Positions 9,186 to 18,028 of a stretch of 64,000 nt of DNA are shown one piece after another. Below the pieces are notes generated by a model. The model made no database searches, was not told the DNA's origin, and worked only from the letters and a program-made list of their open reading frames with translations. Both the position numbers and the translations under genes were made by a program. The first letter of the stretch is position 1; each line of letters begins with the position of its first letter. The stretch lies in the IMG/VR virus record IMGVR_UViG_3300043446_004613, positions 1 to 64,000 of that record. One strand, written 5' to 3'.

Positions 9186-9613
9186 GGAACCTCCGGTCTG
9201 TTGGCGTTGCGGTCGAGGGCGGCCAGCATCTCAGCCATGTTCTGGCACAGCTGCCAGCGGGCAGCTAGGTAGGCTTCACGACGTGTAGCATACATTATGC
9301 CGCAGCCTTGAGACGACGCTTCCGTCGTACTGCCTACACTGTGATAGTGTCCGCTTGAGCAGCCTTTGCTGACACAGCTGCCGACGCTCATGGACAGGCT
9401 TCCGTTGGCAAACCAGCCGACGAGTACACTGCCTTTGGCGTAGCGGTCTTTGAATTTGGCGGAGATGAGTTCGATGATCTCTTCGCTTGTATACGGAACC
9501 GGCTTAGGCTCATTCGGCCAGCAAAGCGCACGCTGAAGTTCCAGCTGGCGCTGCTGTGCGTTGAATTCATCTTGTGCCCATTTGGGCAGCTTTTGGAGTT
9601 TAGCGGGTGTCAT
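9182..9613 (-). CDS. Hypothetical protein
   Basis: KLPKWAQ N-terminus is common in phage proteins. Confidence 0.6.
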   Translation of the reverse strand: MTPAKLQKLPKWAQDEFNAQQRQLELQRALCWPNEPKPVPYTSEEIIELISAKFKDRYAKGSVLVGWFANGSLSMSVGSCVSKGCSSGHYHSVGSTTEASSQGCGIMYATRREAYLAARWQLCQNMAEMLAALDRNANRPEVP

Positions 9614-9903
9614 GATTTTGCTTTGCAGCGGTTCATCGCTTCAATCGCGGAATATTTCGGGGTGTGTTCACCGTTAGCTTTGACCGGGTCTTCGGTGAAC
9701 GGTACGATCTTGTAATCAATGCTCCGGCTACCTTCACACTGCCAGACAATCGTCAAAGCATAGCGGGCCAGTTCCATGTCGCGGTAGCAGGTAACGCCTT
9801 TGGCGGTGCCGACCCACCAGCCTTCATGGTGTCTGAGCGCGAACCAGCCGGGCCGGTTGACAGCGATCTTGGCCGCTAGTTCAGGTGGGATGTGATCGGA
9901 CAT
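9610..9903 (-). CDS. Hypothetical protein
   Basis: First gene after the early promoter. Confidence 0.55.
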   Translation of the reverse strand: MSDHIPPELAAKIAVNRPGWFALRHHEGWWVGTAKGVTCYRDMELARYALTIVWQCEGSRSIDYKIVPFTEDPVKANGEHTPKYSAIEAMNRCKAKS

Positions 9904-9911
9904 AGTGATGT

Positions 9912-9939
9912 TGTATACGAAGTAGGTTTCATCGTCAAC
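9912..9939 (-). promoter_or_regulatory. Early sigma70-like promoter
   Basis: GTTGAC-N-CGTATACA with upstream CATTTAGTTCAAATTT. Confidence 0.6.
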
Positions 9940-9951
9940 ATTAAATTTGAA

Positions 9952-10353
9952 CTAAATGATCGGCGTGCTCGTGATCGTAAAATCAAGTTCCGGCCCCGCC
10001 ATGCGCTCCCAGATCACAACACCTTCAGTCCTGTCGACTTCGGTTATGGATACTCCCGGACTGACGTACACTGAATCGTGAATAATTGCAGCGTTCGATT
10101 GCCGCAACGCGGCTGAGAGCAAATTGTCAGCTTGAATTGCGTACATCCGCTGGAGGGCTTGGTCTGCTTCATAACTCCAAGTAGCCTTCAGCTTGCGCGG
10201 GGCAGGTTTAGGTGGAACGTACGTATCAAGCAAATCAGCCACGTATCCGGCGGACGGGTCATCCGACAAGCCGACAGCGTGCTCAGTCCACGTCTTACTC
10301 AAGCGGGCGTGCAGACGGCGCTGGCATGTAACGTGTTTCTTATGGCTATTCAC
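9952..10353 (-). CDS. Paralog A: shared N-domain plus gp23-like capsid fragment
   Basis: GLSDDPSAGYVADLLDTYVPP followed by RKLKATWSYEADQALQRMYAIQADNLLS. Confidence 0.6.
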   Translation of the reverse strand: MNSHKKHVTCQRRLHARLSKTWTEHAVGLSDDPSAGYVADLLDTYVPPKPAPRKLKATWSYEADQALQRMYAIQADNLLSAALRQSNAAIIHDSVYVSPGVSITEVDRTEGVVIWERMAGPELDFTITSTPII

Positions 10354-10573
10354 GGCGGCGGTTCTTAATTACGACAAACGTCTTGCATGCAGACTCATTT
10401 GGCAGAAAGCTGATCACTGCGTCAGGTGGGAAGCCGTCCATCAGTGAAAATGTGACCGGCGGCCTGAGATCATCCAGCAAGTCTAAAACGTAGCACTCAT
10501 CCGGGTTTTCCCGGACGCTGTCGTCCAAGTTGCGCCACTTGCGCTTAACGTCAGTACTGCGTTTCAGGTTCAT
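10346..10573 (-). CDS. Paralog B: shared N-domain
   Basis: SVRENPDECYVLDLLDDLRPP. Confidence 0.55.
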   Translation of the reverse strand: MNLKRSTDVKRKWRNLDDSVRENPDECYVLDLLDDLRPPVTFSLMDGFPPDAVISFLPNESACKTFVVIKNRRRE

Positions 10574-10883
10574 CAAGATCAACTTCTAGTATTGAGCGGT
10601 AACGGGCTGCGTGTTCCCGCAGTGCTTGCTCAGCTGTATCCAGTCCCGCATTAAAAACCTGCTGTCCCAGTTGCGTGCTGCTCATGCCGTACAGAAGGCC
10701 GAAATTCAGAATCTTGTTCAGCTGATGATACGCATCTTTCGGCGGCTTCAGCGTATCAAGCAGTTCGGCGACGTACGTTTCGTCCGGGTCGTCCTTGATG
10801 CCATAGCCAAAGCGCGTCCAGTGCTGGCGCATCCGAGCGCGGAACATAGTGCGCTTATCGCGTCTTTGTCTACGAGTTGACAT
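10551..10883 (-). CDS. Paralog C: shared N-domain plus PolA motif-B-like fragment
   Basis: GIKDDPDETYVAELLDTLKPP followed by KILNFGLLYGMSSTQL. Confidence 0.6.
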   Translation of the reverse strand: MSTRRQRRDKRTMFRARMRQHWTRFGYGIKDDPDETYVAELLDTLKPPKDAYHQLNKILNFGLLYGMSSTQLGQQVFNAGLDTAEQALREHAARYRSILEVDLDEPETQY

Positions 10884-10893
10884 ATTAAAAAGC

Positions 10894-10987
10894 GAGCCTG
10901 CCTAATGCGCACTGCTGACGCGGTTCTGCTTCGCAGGGCGTTTAGAGTCAGGAAACCGCAAAAATTGACTCTGCATCAGGCAGGCTC
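10894..10987 (-). ncRNA. Structured RNA element (15-bp closing stem, two inner hairpins, possible pseudoknot)
   Basis: 10894-10908 pairs with 10973-10987; 10944-10950 pairs with 10966-10972; the loop segment 10954-10959 is complementary to 10920-10925. Confidence 0.5.
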
Positions 10988-11065
10988 AGATTGATCAACG
11001 TTCTACTTCGCGCTCATAGTCGATTTCCGCCATGAGTTGCGCTAACAAGGTGTCAGTGTAGTTGC

Positions 11066-11227
11066 TCACAGCGGTTTGCGGCGAAGGAGTCCACGAACGG
11101 TTGCAGCGGCCTGCTTGCTGGGATTCGCGAGTGCGTAAAGCGAGTGCTTCAGCCGGGCCATCGGTTTGGGGCTTTTGTTGTGCGCTTTGAGCTTGAGATC
11201 GTTAGGATTGAATTCGGTGACTTTCAT
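11066..11227 (-). CDS. Small basic protein
   Basis: Start MKVTEF downstream of the promoter. Confidence 0.5.
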   Translation of the reverse strand: MKVTEFNPNDLKLKAHNKSPKPMARLKHSLYALANPSKQAAATVRGLLRRKPL

Positions 11228-11249
11228 GGTGTTTAGCTTTCGTAGACGT

Positions 11250-11277
11250 TGTATACAATTTTTCAAGTGCCGTCAAC
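11250..11277 (-). promoter_or_regulatory. Early sigma70-like promoter
   Basis: GTTGAC-N14-TGTATACA. Confidence 0.6.
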
Positions 11278-11285
11278 TTTATTCG

Positions 11286-11873
11286 TCAATTAGCTTCTGA
11301 AGATAGCTGAACAATCCGCTTCTTGAGCGTATCAAGGCGCGGATCAGTCGCGGTCATGCCCATCTCGCGGTTGATGAATTCGTAAAGCGCTGTGTTCTCG
11401 GCACGCATCCGATTCACCAGTTCCGGTACTTTGAGCATGATAGGTGAATCCATCAGTGAACCGTCATCGGCAGTACAGGCTTCGTCGCCAAACGGATAAG
11501 CAATCCGCTTCAATAGCCCGAAGTAGTAGTCGGAGTTGCGACCGTACTGCTGGGCTGTTTCTTCCCAGCGAGCCGATTTTTCTTCCAGCTGCCGGATCAG
11601 ATCGTCACGCTTATGGAAGCCGCACAGGTAAGCCACAGTCAGGTCAGGGTCTTCTTCACGGGTAACGTGCTCGTAGTCGGTCGCAAAGAGCTTGGCAACC
11701 TCGCGCCAAGCCACGACCTGTTTGAGCTTCTTCTCGTCCGATACAAAGTCTTTCCACGCTGGCAGTGGATCACCGTTGAAGGCTTTGCCGCCGACTGCTT
11801 CACAGTACTTCGTGTACATCTTCTCCGCCATCTCGTCGACTTGCCGGAGGTATTTGGTGTCGATGGCACTCAC
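11286..11873 (-). CDS. Hypothetical protein
   Basis: 195 aa; YC..VGG.AFNGDPLP.W motif. Confidence 0.65.
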   Translation of the reverse strand: MSAIDTKYLRQVDEMAEKMYTKYCEAVGGKAFNGDPLPAWKDFVSDEKKLKQVVAWREVAKLFATDYEHVTREEDPDLTVAYLCGFHKRDDLIRQLEEKSARWEETAQQYGRNSDYYFGLLKRIAYPFGDEACTADDGSLMDSPIMLKVPELVNRMRAENTALYEFINREMGMTATDPRLDTLKKRIVQLSSEAN

Positions 11874-12043
11874 GCGGTGATTTCTTTTGTTTCAATAACG
11901 CGGATGAAAGGTGTTTCCACCACGGTGAGCAGCTTAGTGTCCGGGTAGCGGTCGCGCTGATCAGCTTGAGCGCACTCCAGACGGCGGTAAACGTGCCCGG
12001 TTTTACCGGACTCTGGCGGGTAGACAAGGATGTGATATTCCAT
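11870..12043 (-). CDS. 57-aa hypothetical protein (not in ORF track)
   Basis: MEYHILVYPP...; CTGTTCT motif 9 nt upstream; stop overlaps the next start. Confidence 0.45.
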   Translation of the reverse strand: MEYHILVYPPESGKTGHVYRRLECAQADQRDRYPDTKLLTVVETPFIRVIETKEITA

Positions 12044-12277
12044 ACGGCATTAAGAACAGATGTTGATGATAATGACGGCGATCAAAGAACCGACGGCGAA
12101 GAAAATGACCGTGGCAGCAAATTCAGCGATGGCGTTTGGATTTAGCACGGGGTTTACGTTTGGCGGCGGCAGCAAGAATCTCAACGTCACTCAGCACTTT
12201 ACGTTGTCGGGCGAGTTCATCGGCATCGATGCCGCAGAAGTGCATAATGACTTTGTCGTCTTTAGCGGATGTTTTAT

Positions 12278-13243
12278 TCATAGCGATTTGAGCAGTGTTA
12301 CATAGCGGTCAACAAACGTTTCAAGTCGACGTTCCTGCACCAATGTACGGTGCGCGTAAAGGCGGTCAATGCCGGTCGAAAGCGCAAGTGCTTTGTCGAT
12401 TACTTCCGGCAGGTCAGACCAGTCAGGCTTGCAGTAGAATACCGTTTTATCAGGTATGAAAGCTTCCGAACTGACTTCGGAAAAAGACGTATCAGGTTTG
12501 ATCAGGATACACATTGAGAGCAGAGCCTCAAAATCCCGGTAACACGTTTCGCCAAAACCCCACGGTGACACGCAGATTTTAGCCTGAATCATGCGTTTAG
12601 CGTACGCGTTCCAACTTGCCGGAGGTTTTCCTGACTTACCCAAGCAGGCATCCACGCGAAGGTTTTTGATTTCAGCCAGTTTCTGCATCAACAGGCTTCG
12701 ATGCGCAGTAAGCGACGACGTGCCTGCGAAGAAAATGTCAACGGGACGTTGTTTAACGCTAGGGCCACGCTTCGCCAGTTCGCTTTGACCGTACTGCTCG
12801 CTGCGACTGACCTGCTGAAGCATGCCGAAATGTACAAGTGATCGTATCTTGTGATACAGCGAGAGGACGGTTTTTTGGTAGCTGCCAAAATCCGGCTTAG
12901 TCAGAAGATCAGCGTGGCGCTCACGTACCCACTGATTTTCTGCCATACCTTTGTAGCCTTCAGGAGTAAACTTGGAGTATTTGTCGTACGATAAGACGTT
13001 AGACTGGCTCAATACATCAGTAACGACTAAAGCGCCGCTGTCGCACAGATGCGCCACGACGGTCGGTCGCGTATACGTAGCGGAGGGCCGCTTACAAATA
13101 ACGATGTCAAGGTCAGCCGCAGTTTCCGGCGCGGGATTGATGTTCAGCTGAATTCCACGAGCATCGAATAAACACAGACTGCGCTCAAAAAGGCTCAAAT
13201 ACAAGCTCAGCTGAATGTCTCTAGCGTATACGTTTATGCGCAT
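12278..13243 (-). CDS. GT-B glycosyltransferase
   Basis: DIFFAGT..R..L and SPWGFGETCYRDFEA...C.LIKP motifs. Confidence 0.75.
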   Translation of the reverse strand: MRINVYARDIQLSLYLSLFERSLCLFDARGIQLNINPAPETAADLDIVICKRPSATYTRPTVVAHLCDSGALVVTDVLSQSNVLSYDKYSKFTPEGYKGMAENQWVRERHADLLTKPDFGSYQKTVLSLYHKIRSLVHFGMLQQVSRSEQYGQSELAKRGPSVKQRPVDIFFAGTSSLTAHRSLLMQKLAEIKNLRVDACLGKSGKPPASWNAYAKRMIQAKICVSPWGFGETCYRDFEALLSMCILIKPDTSFSEVSSEAFIPDKTVFYCKPDWSDLPEVIDKALALSTGIDRLYAHRTLVQERRLETFVDRYVTLLKSL

Positions 13244-13830
13244 TTTTGGTAAACAGTGTAAAGACAAGCTACACGTGGCACTAGGCACATCGATTTAGTC
13301 TCACTAGGCAACGGCTCAGTCCAGTTCTGACGGAGGATCAGATAGCCTTTCGGCACAAGATGCGTGGCCATGTCCTCGATAAAGTATATCCAGTCATCGG
13401 CTGTCCAGCCCTTACTGTAGACAATACGGATGGATGTAATCGCAGCGTAAGTCCCGTTCAGTTCCAGCGGTGTTTGGGCCTTAACGGCGGCGATCTGTGT
13501 ATCAGCTATGCCGCAAGTTTCGCGGATAATCTGGAATCGTGGATCAGGCACATCAACCCCGGTAACCGTGCAACCTTTTAGCTCGCGCAACAGCCATAGC
13601 GTATAACCGGGGCCGCAGCCGATGTCACATACACGGCTGCCGTCACGGATGAACTTGGCAAGGATTTGGTGATCTTTTAGGTATTCGTCGTAAATCGATG
13701 TCCTCCAAGCCGTAGGGTCTACCCACTTGTCTACAACGTAGTCTTGCTGCACATAGGCAGCCCGCGCTTTGGCAACAATAGACAGGAAGGCACAGCGTAT
13801 GTCGTGCGTCATGACTCTAACTAGCGACAC
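13234..13830 (-). CDS. Class I SAM-dependent methyltransferase
   Basis: VCDIGCGPG, VTGVD and L.PKGYL motifs. Confidence 0.85.
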   Translation of the reverse strand: MSLVRVMTHDIRCAFLSIVAKARAAYVQQDYVVDKWVDPTAWRTSIYDEYLKDHQILAKFIRDGSRVCDIGCGPGYTLWLLRELKGCTVTGVDVPDPRFQIIRETCGIADTQIAAVKAQTPLELNGTYAAITSIRIVYSKGWTADDWIYFIEDMATHLVPKGYLILRQNWTEPLPSETKSMCLVPRVACLYTVYQKCA

Positions 13831-14048
13831 AACGGCATAAGTCCACGCTGCTTCAGAAAGGTCGAACTACTGACAAGAGCTTCCTGTAGCTTGTTCGCTC
13901 TGAGACTTTCAACGCAGACGTGCAGGGCAGTCCGGGTTGCTTGAAGTTCGGCGGCTAGATCGGCGGCGTTGTTTTCGGCGTTGTACGCCCGGTGCAAGGT
14001 GTTGGCGAGCCGTTCGCGCAGTTCAGTACTGTTGTCAAAGTTATTCAT
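13821..14048 (-). CDS. Hypothetical coiled-coil protein
   Basis: Operon packing. Confidence 0.5.
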   Translation of the reverse strand: MNNFDNSTELRERLANTLHRAYNAENNAADLAAELQATRTALHVCVESLRANKLQEALVSSSTFLKQRGLMPLCR

Positions 14049-14286
14049 GACCAGTCAGGCGGTCGACGAGGTTAGCGATGTCTTTGACGGTTTTGCACTC
14101 ATCTGCCTCACCATCAGTGATCTCGATGCGGTAGTGGTCTTCGATGGCCATAAGTGCTTCCAACCGGTCAAGTGAGTCGGAGATAACGTCGGCAAACAAG
14201 GCGTCATCGGCGATGCGTTCCGGTTTGCCGCTGATGTCGCATGAATGTACGGCGATGATTTCTTTAATGCGCTCGATGGTCTTCAT
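14041..14286 (-). CDS. acpP: Acyl carrier protein
   Basis: 81 aa, acidic; DSLD phosphopantetheine Ser motif; IED.Y.IEI.D.EA...TV.D. Confidence 0.85.
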   Translation of the reverse strand: MKTIERIKEIIAVHSCDISGKPERIADDALFADVISDSLDRLEALMAIEDHYRIEITDGEADECKTVKDIANLVDRLTGHE

Positions 14287-14918
14287 GCTTGTTTAGAACT
14301 TGCTGTTTCGTGTTTGGCGATAAAGTCACGTGTTTCCTGAACGTTGATTTCCAGAGCCTTTAAGCGTTGCGACAACGGCACCTGCGTATCATCCGGTAGC
14401 ACGAAGCCGCCCAGTAAGCGCAAAGCTTCCGCAAGAACGGCCTTGTCTAAAATGGTCACGACCTGATTCAACGCGTCGCGGTCGGCAGCCTGTTCGGGCG
14501 TCAAGTCGTAGCCGTCAGCTTTCCTGATCTCTTTGTACAGGTTGCTGAGCGAATCGAATAACTCACGGCGGACAAGCACGTAGTCGATCCCGTCAGTAGT
14601 AGTATCGGCATCGACCGGGCCGCCGTTCAAGGCGAGAATGGTGCTGACGATCTGGTTGTAGCTGTGACAGTGGGACGCTTTCTGAAAACTTGCCCGAGCG
14701 AGCGCCGGTAAATCAAGCGGTAGCGCTGTGTCGTGTTGACCGAGCGCATTTTTGATCTGGTGCAGCACGCTGGTGTACTCGCTGCGGATGCTGTCCAGCT
14801 GCTCCTGAATCTTGGTAGCCGCTGTAAGCATGTCAACGTCACCCGCTTTAAGCTGGGCGATCAGCCGTCCGATCTCTTTGTCTTGGGGTGCGTAGGAAAT
14901 AAGCATAACATCAGCCAT
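14283..14918 (-). CDS. Hypothetical helical protein
   Basis: 211-aa ORF. Confidence 0.6.
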   Translation of the reverse strand: MADVMLISYAPQDKEIGRLIAQLKAGDVDMLTAATKIQEQLDSIRSEYTSVLHQIKNALGQHDTALPLDLPALARASFQKASHCHSYNQIVSTILALNGGPVDADTTTDGIDYVLVRRELFDSLSNLYKEIRKADGYDLTPEQAADRDALNQVVTILDKAVLAEALRLLGGFVLPDDTQVPLSQRLKALEINVQETRDFIAKHETASSKQA

Positions 14919-15192
14919 TCAGTTTGTACCGGGTCAGCCAGTACGGGTCTTTCTCGCGGCGCGGTTCGACCGCGATCTTCTTTTTGTTCCGCAGCGAACT
15001 GACAACGTTCATGCTTACATTTTTGGTTTCGCCGCCTTTGCACAGGCCATCCTTCTGCAACCACGTGCGCGGATTCAATCCGTTGTTCAGGCCCAGTTCC
15101 CAGCCTTCGCGCATGTGCTGAAGGATTGCTTCGCCATTAAGAACGGCGCGTTTAACGATACCAACGCGTACATTTTGCTCGGTCATGCTCAT
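14911..15192 (-). CDS. Hypothetical protein
   Basis: Operon packing. Confidence 0.55.
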   Translation of the reverse strand: MSMTEQNVRVGIVKRAVLNGEAILQHMREGWELGLNNGLNPRTWLQKDGLCKGGETKNVSMNVVSSLRNKKKIAVEPRREKDPYWLTRYKLNG

Positions 15193-15195
15193 AAG

Positions 15196-15471
15196 CTATT
15201 TGGTTGAAACTTCCCAGTCGAGGTAATCGCTCTTGATCAGCGCGATGCCTTTCTTGACGCAGTCACCCATCGTGTCCCACGAGTAAACATGAAGTTTGCG
15301 TGCGCCGAGAGTACCTTCCGCAGGCAGCGTACCCCAAGCGTCCCAGCGGCAGACATCCCGATAGGCTACTTCCAGATTACTGTTCTGGTATATCATGTGC
15401 GCCTCGAACAGCGCACCTGTCTCCCGACAGAGCACTGTAGCTAGGCGTTCGCGTGTGGTTGGCTTGGGCAT
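15196..15471 (-). CDS. Hypothetical protein
   Basis: Operon packing. Confidence 0.55.
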   Translation of the reverse strand: MPKPTTRERLATVLCRETGALFEAHMIYQNSNLEVAYRDVCRWDAWGTLPAEGTLGARKLHVYSWDTMGDCVKKGIALIKSDYLDWEVSTK

Positions 15472-15473
15472 GG

Positions 15474-15863
15474 TCAGACGCTCTCGATGCTGACTGCATC
15501 TTTCGGCGTATAGGTGACTTTATACAGCTTGCCGTCGCGCACCATGTGGGCAATAACGGTGATACCGGACGGCAGCACCTGATAGTTGAAGCAGCTGCGC
15601 AGCGGCTGAAAACCTTCGTTCGCCAGTCTGGTGATCAGCATCTGACTGCGCTCAACAAACTTGTCGTAGTCGGCTTTTTCTTTTGCCGCTACCTTCTGTG
15701 CCTTAGCCTTAGCGTGGGCTTCGCGCTCCGCCGCCCATGCCATTTTCCAGCGGGCAAGCAAGCTGAGCTTTTTTGGCTGGGCGCTCGGGCCGGGATGCTG
15801 ATCACAGTTACCGTCGTGGTTATGGTCGCGGGAGCAGCATTGGGTTTTCTTTTCGGGATTCAT
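15474..15863 (-). CDS. Hypothetical protein
   Basis: CCxRDHNHDGNCDQH motif; start placed after the promoter. Confidence 0.55.
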   Translation of the reverse strand: MNPEKKTQCCSRDHNHDGNCDQHPGPSAQPKKLSLLARWKMAWAAEREAHAKAKAQKVAAKEKADYDKFVERSQMLITRLANEGFQPLRSCFNYQVLPSGITVIAHMVRDGKLYKVTYTPKDAVSIESV

Positions 15864-15874
15864 GTTGGTAATAC

Positions 15875-15903
15875 TGTATACACTGTTGGTATTGTCGGTC
15901 AAC
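15875..15903 (-). promoter_or_regulatory. Early sigma70-like promoter
   Basis: AAAATTT..GTTGAC-N15-TGTATACAGT. Confidence 0.6.
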
Positions 15904-15960
15904 TGTAAATTTTAATAGTCGCGCTCAGGCTTGAATTTAGGCGCAGTCGGCTTCCATTTG

Positions 15961-16341
15961 TCAGCACCTTCCAAACAGAAAACGTTCGCAGGCGAGCAAC
16001 TGAGGTGCCCATTCCAGATAGGCACCTTTCAGCGCGGCATCGCACAAGAACATCTCGTAGTCGCCGACGTGGTAGGCGTTCACATTCAGCACCTGATCCA
16101 TGTCGACAACCTGATTGCCAAATCCAAGATGCTTTTTAGTGTCATGCGGTGACTGGTAATAGTAGTTCGGCTTGTTCGGCACCGGACGGCTGTAATCGAT
16201 GCGCCAGTCGGTATTCACTTTTTCACCCAAGTCCCAGCGCAGCGTGACTTTCTTACGGTCTTTGCTGATCTTGGAGACGGTGCAGAACAACGGGCGTCGA
16301 GCAGCATCGCAGCGCATGGGTGATGCTCCAAATTTGCTCAT
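15961..16341 (-). CDS. Hypothetical protein
   Basis: ORF track. Confidence 0.55.
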   Translation of the reverse strand: MSKFGASPMRCDAARRPLFCTVSKISKDRKKVTLRWDLGEKVNTDWRIDYSRPVPNKPNYYYQSPHDTKKHLGFGNQVVDMDQVLNVNAYHVGDYEMFLCDAALKGAYLEWAPQLLACERFLFGRC

Positions 16342-16586
16342 ACTGCTGCACCTTTCTTGGCGATTAGCTTCTGCATGTATTGCTGCCGGAAAGCAAAGCC
16401 ATAGGCGTTGGTAAGGATACTGACGTGATAATTCCGAAGCTTGAGGCCATCCAATGTGACTTCATCGAGGGCGTCTAGGAGAGCTTTGCCGCTTAAACGC
16501 TTTTTGCCGCTCGCAACATGGGTAAATCCCAAGCGCACAGCTGCGTTGATGTAATTCTCCAGTGCTGCGTTGTCGTCTAAAGTCAT
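16338..16586 (-). CDS. Hypothetical protein
   Basis: First gene after the promoter. Confidence 0.5.
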   Translation of the reverse strand: MTLDDNAALENYINAAVRLGFTHVASGKKRLSGKALLDALDEVTLDGLKLRNYHVSILTNAYGFAFRQQYMQKLIAKKGAAV

Positions 16587-16594
16587 GGCCAAAC

Positions 16595-16622
16595 TGTATA
16601 CACAAGGTCTAAAGCAGTAAAC
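16595..16622 (-). promoter_or_regulatory. Early sigma70-like promoter
   Basis: GTTTAC-N14-TGTATACAGT with upstream CATTTAGTTAAAAT. Confidence 0.55.
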
Positions 16623-16684
16623 ACTATATTTTAACTAAATGCTTTACACGGCCAATCCACCAGCAGCACGCCAATCTTGAACTG

Positions 16685-16690
16685 TAGTTA
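16685..16690 (+). promoter_or_regulatory. TAGTTA putative late-promoter motif
   Basis: 7 nt upstream of ATG 16698. Confidence 0.55.
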
Positions 16691-16697
16691 GTAGTGC

Positions 16698-17114
16698 ATG
16701 AAAGGCGACACGATCAAATATAGCGAAGGCTACAAGTACCGCACGGAACAGACTTATACCGTCCAGACCGGGATTACCGGCTATTCGGTTTTTAATGCCT
16801 TTTACTCTCTTACCGCCAGCGGTCTGCTGACCATCGGCACCGGTTACGCATGGGACGGCCCAAGCGGCCCCTGCCCAGACTGGAAGTGTTTTCAGCGTTC
16901 GTCTCTGATCCATGATGTCCTGTATCAGATGATGCGCCGTGAACAGCTGCCGATCACCTGCTTTCACCCGGCAAATGTCGAATTCAAGGTCGCCAGTCTG
17001 GAAGACTGCAAGTTCTACGAGAAACCGGCGGTTTACATTGCATACGCGGCAGTCGAAAAATTCGGCATGCAGTTTGCCAAGGAACAGCCGGACATTATCC
17101 TGATTGCTCCGTAG
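16698..17114 (+). CDS. DUF1353-like protein
   Basis: GYAWDGPSGP...SLIHDVLYQ. Confidence 0.75.
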   Translation: MKGDTIKYSEGYKYRTEQTYTVQTGITGYSVFNAFYSLTASGLLTIGTGYAWDGPSGPCPDWKCFQRSSLIHDVLYQMMRREQLPITCFHPANVEFKVASLEDCKFYEKPAVYIAYAAVEKFGMQFAKEQPDIILIAP

Positions 17115-17151
17115 GCCAAGTAGTTAGAGCGCAGTAACACCGCAAAACGCT

Positions 17152-17610
17152 ATGATTTTTAACGACAATCCGATAACGACGTCCGTATTCAACGGCTATT
17201 GGATTACGACCGCCATCCTCGCTTTTCCAACTGGCACTAATAACAAAGGCTACATCCGCGCTGAATTCGCGCCGTACGATGGTACGCACGTACTTGCTTC
17301 AGGCGAGAAAGTGGAAAACATCTACCCGCTGACGGAAAAGATGACCGCCACGCCGTCACTGGCGGCAGCTGTCAATGCAGCCAAAGCGACCGCCACCCGT
17401 TTGTCCAAAAAGTCAGCTACCTGTACGCGCATCGGCGTAAGCGCTCCGGCTCCGGGTAAACAGGCGCGTGTTACGTTCATGTTTGATGACAAGAGCGTCT
17501 ATGCCGTACCGGATGCGTTCGACTTGATGACCAAGGACGCTGACTTTGCGTCAGTGTTCACGAACACAATGAACGAGATTGCCAAGCAGGCAGGTCTTCA
17601 GATTGGTTGA
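17152..17610 (+). CDS. Hypothetical protein, probably virion-associated
   Basis: TAGTTA at 17121-17126; located in the adhesin cluster. Confidence 0.6.
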   Translation: MIFNDNPITTSVFNGYWITTAILAFPTGTNNKGYIRAEFAPYDGTHVLASGEKVENIYPLTEKMTATPSLAAAVNAAKATATRLSKKSATCTRIGVSAPAPGKQARVTFMFDDKSVYAVPDAFDLMTKDADFASVFTNTMNEIAKQAGLQIG

Positions 17611-17690
17611 CTGCTGCTGACCTCAACAGCCCATGCTGACGGCGCACAGGTTGTTGGAACTAATAAACGGAAGCCGTAAAAAGATACGTT

Positions 17691-18014
17691 ATGAAACTGA
17701 CTTTAGACCACGTCAACGCGATTGAGACAGCAACCACAGCTTTCGGCGAAGCAGGCTTCAGCGCACTGCGCCGGGCAGTCGACCAGTACGACAAGATTTG
17801 CTGCGAGCAGTGCAAAGATAACTGGATGATCCGGCTGGCGAAGCTCAAACGCACCAACGAGGTGGCGTTTGCAAAAGTCTACGCCGTGCTGGAATCTGGA
17901 AAGCAACAGCAGCTGGACACGTTTATCGCCCAATACGCCGGAACAGACCTGCCGGAACCTGTCGAAGAGAAGAAGCTGAGCGAATTGATCGCTTCTGGCG
18001 CAGTAACCCTTTAA
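17691..18014 (+). CDS. Hypothetical protein
   Basis: ORF track. Confidence 0.55.
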   Translation: MKLTLDHVNAIETATTAFGEAGFSALRRAVDQYDKICCEQCKDNWMIRLAKLKRTNEVAFAKVYAVLESGKQQQLDTFIAQYAGTDLPEPVEEKKLSELIASGAVTL

Positions 18015-18028
18015 CAAAAAAAAAGATT

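Noticed and set aside
9952-10883. Genuine or split major capsid and DNA polymerase genes
   Set aside because: Only 30-45-aa fragments are present and the rest of these proteins is absent from neighbouring frames.
10894-10987. Hammerhead ribozyme
   Set aside because: CUGAUG is followed by C and lies in a stem; the CUGANGA/GAAA core is absent.
17623-17657. Hairpin CAACAGCC...GGTTGTTG as a terminator or ncRNA
   Set aside because: The stem is short with a large loop and no U-tract, so support is insufficient.
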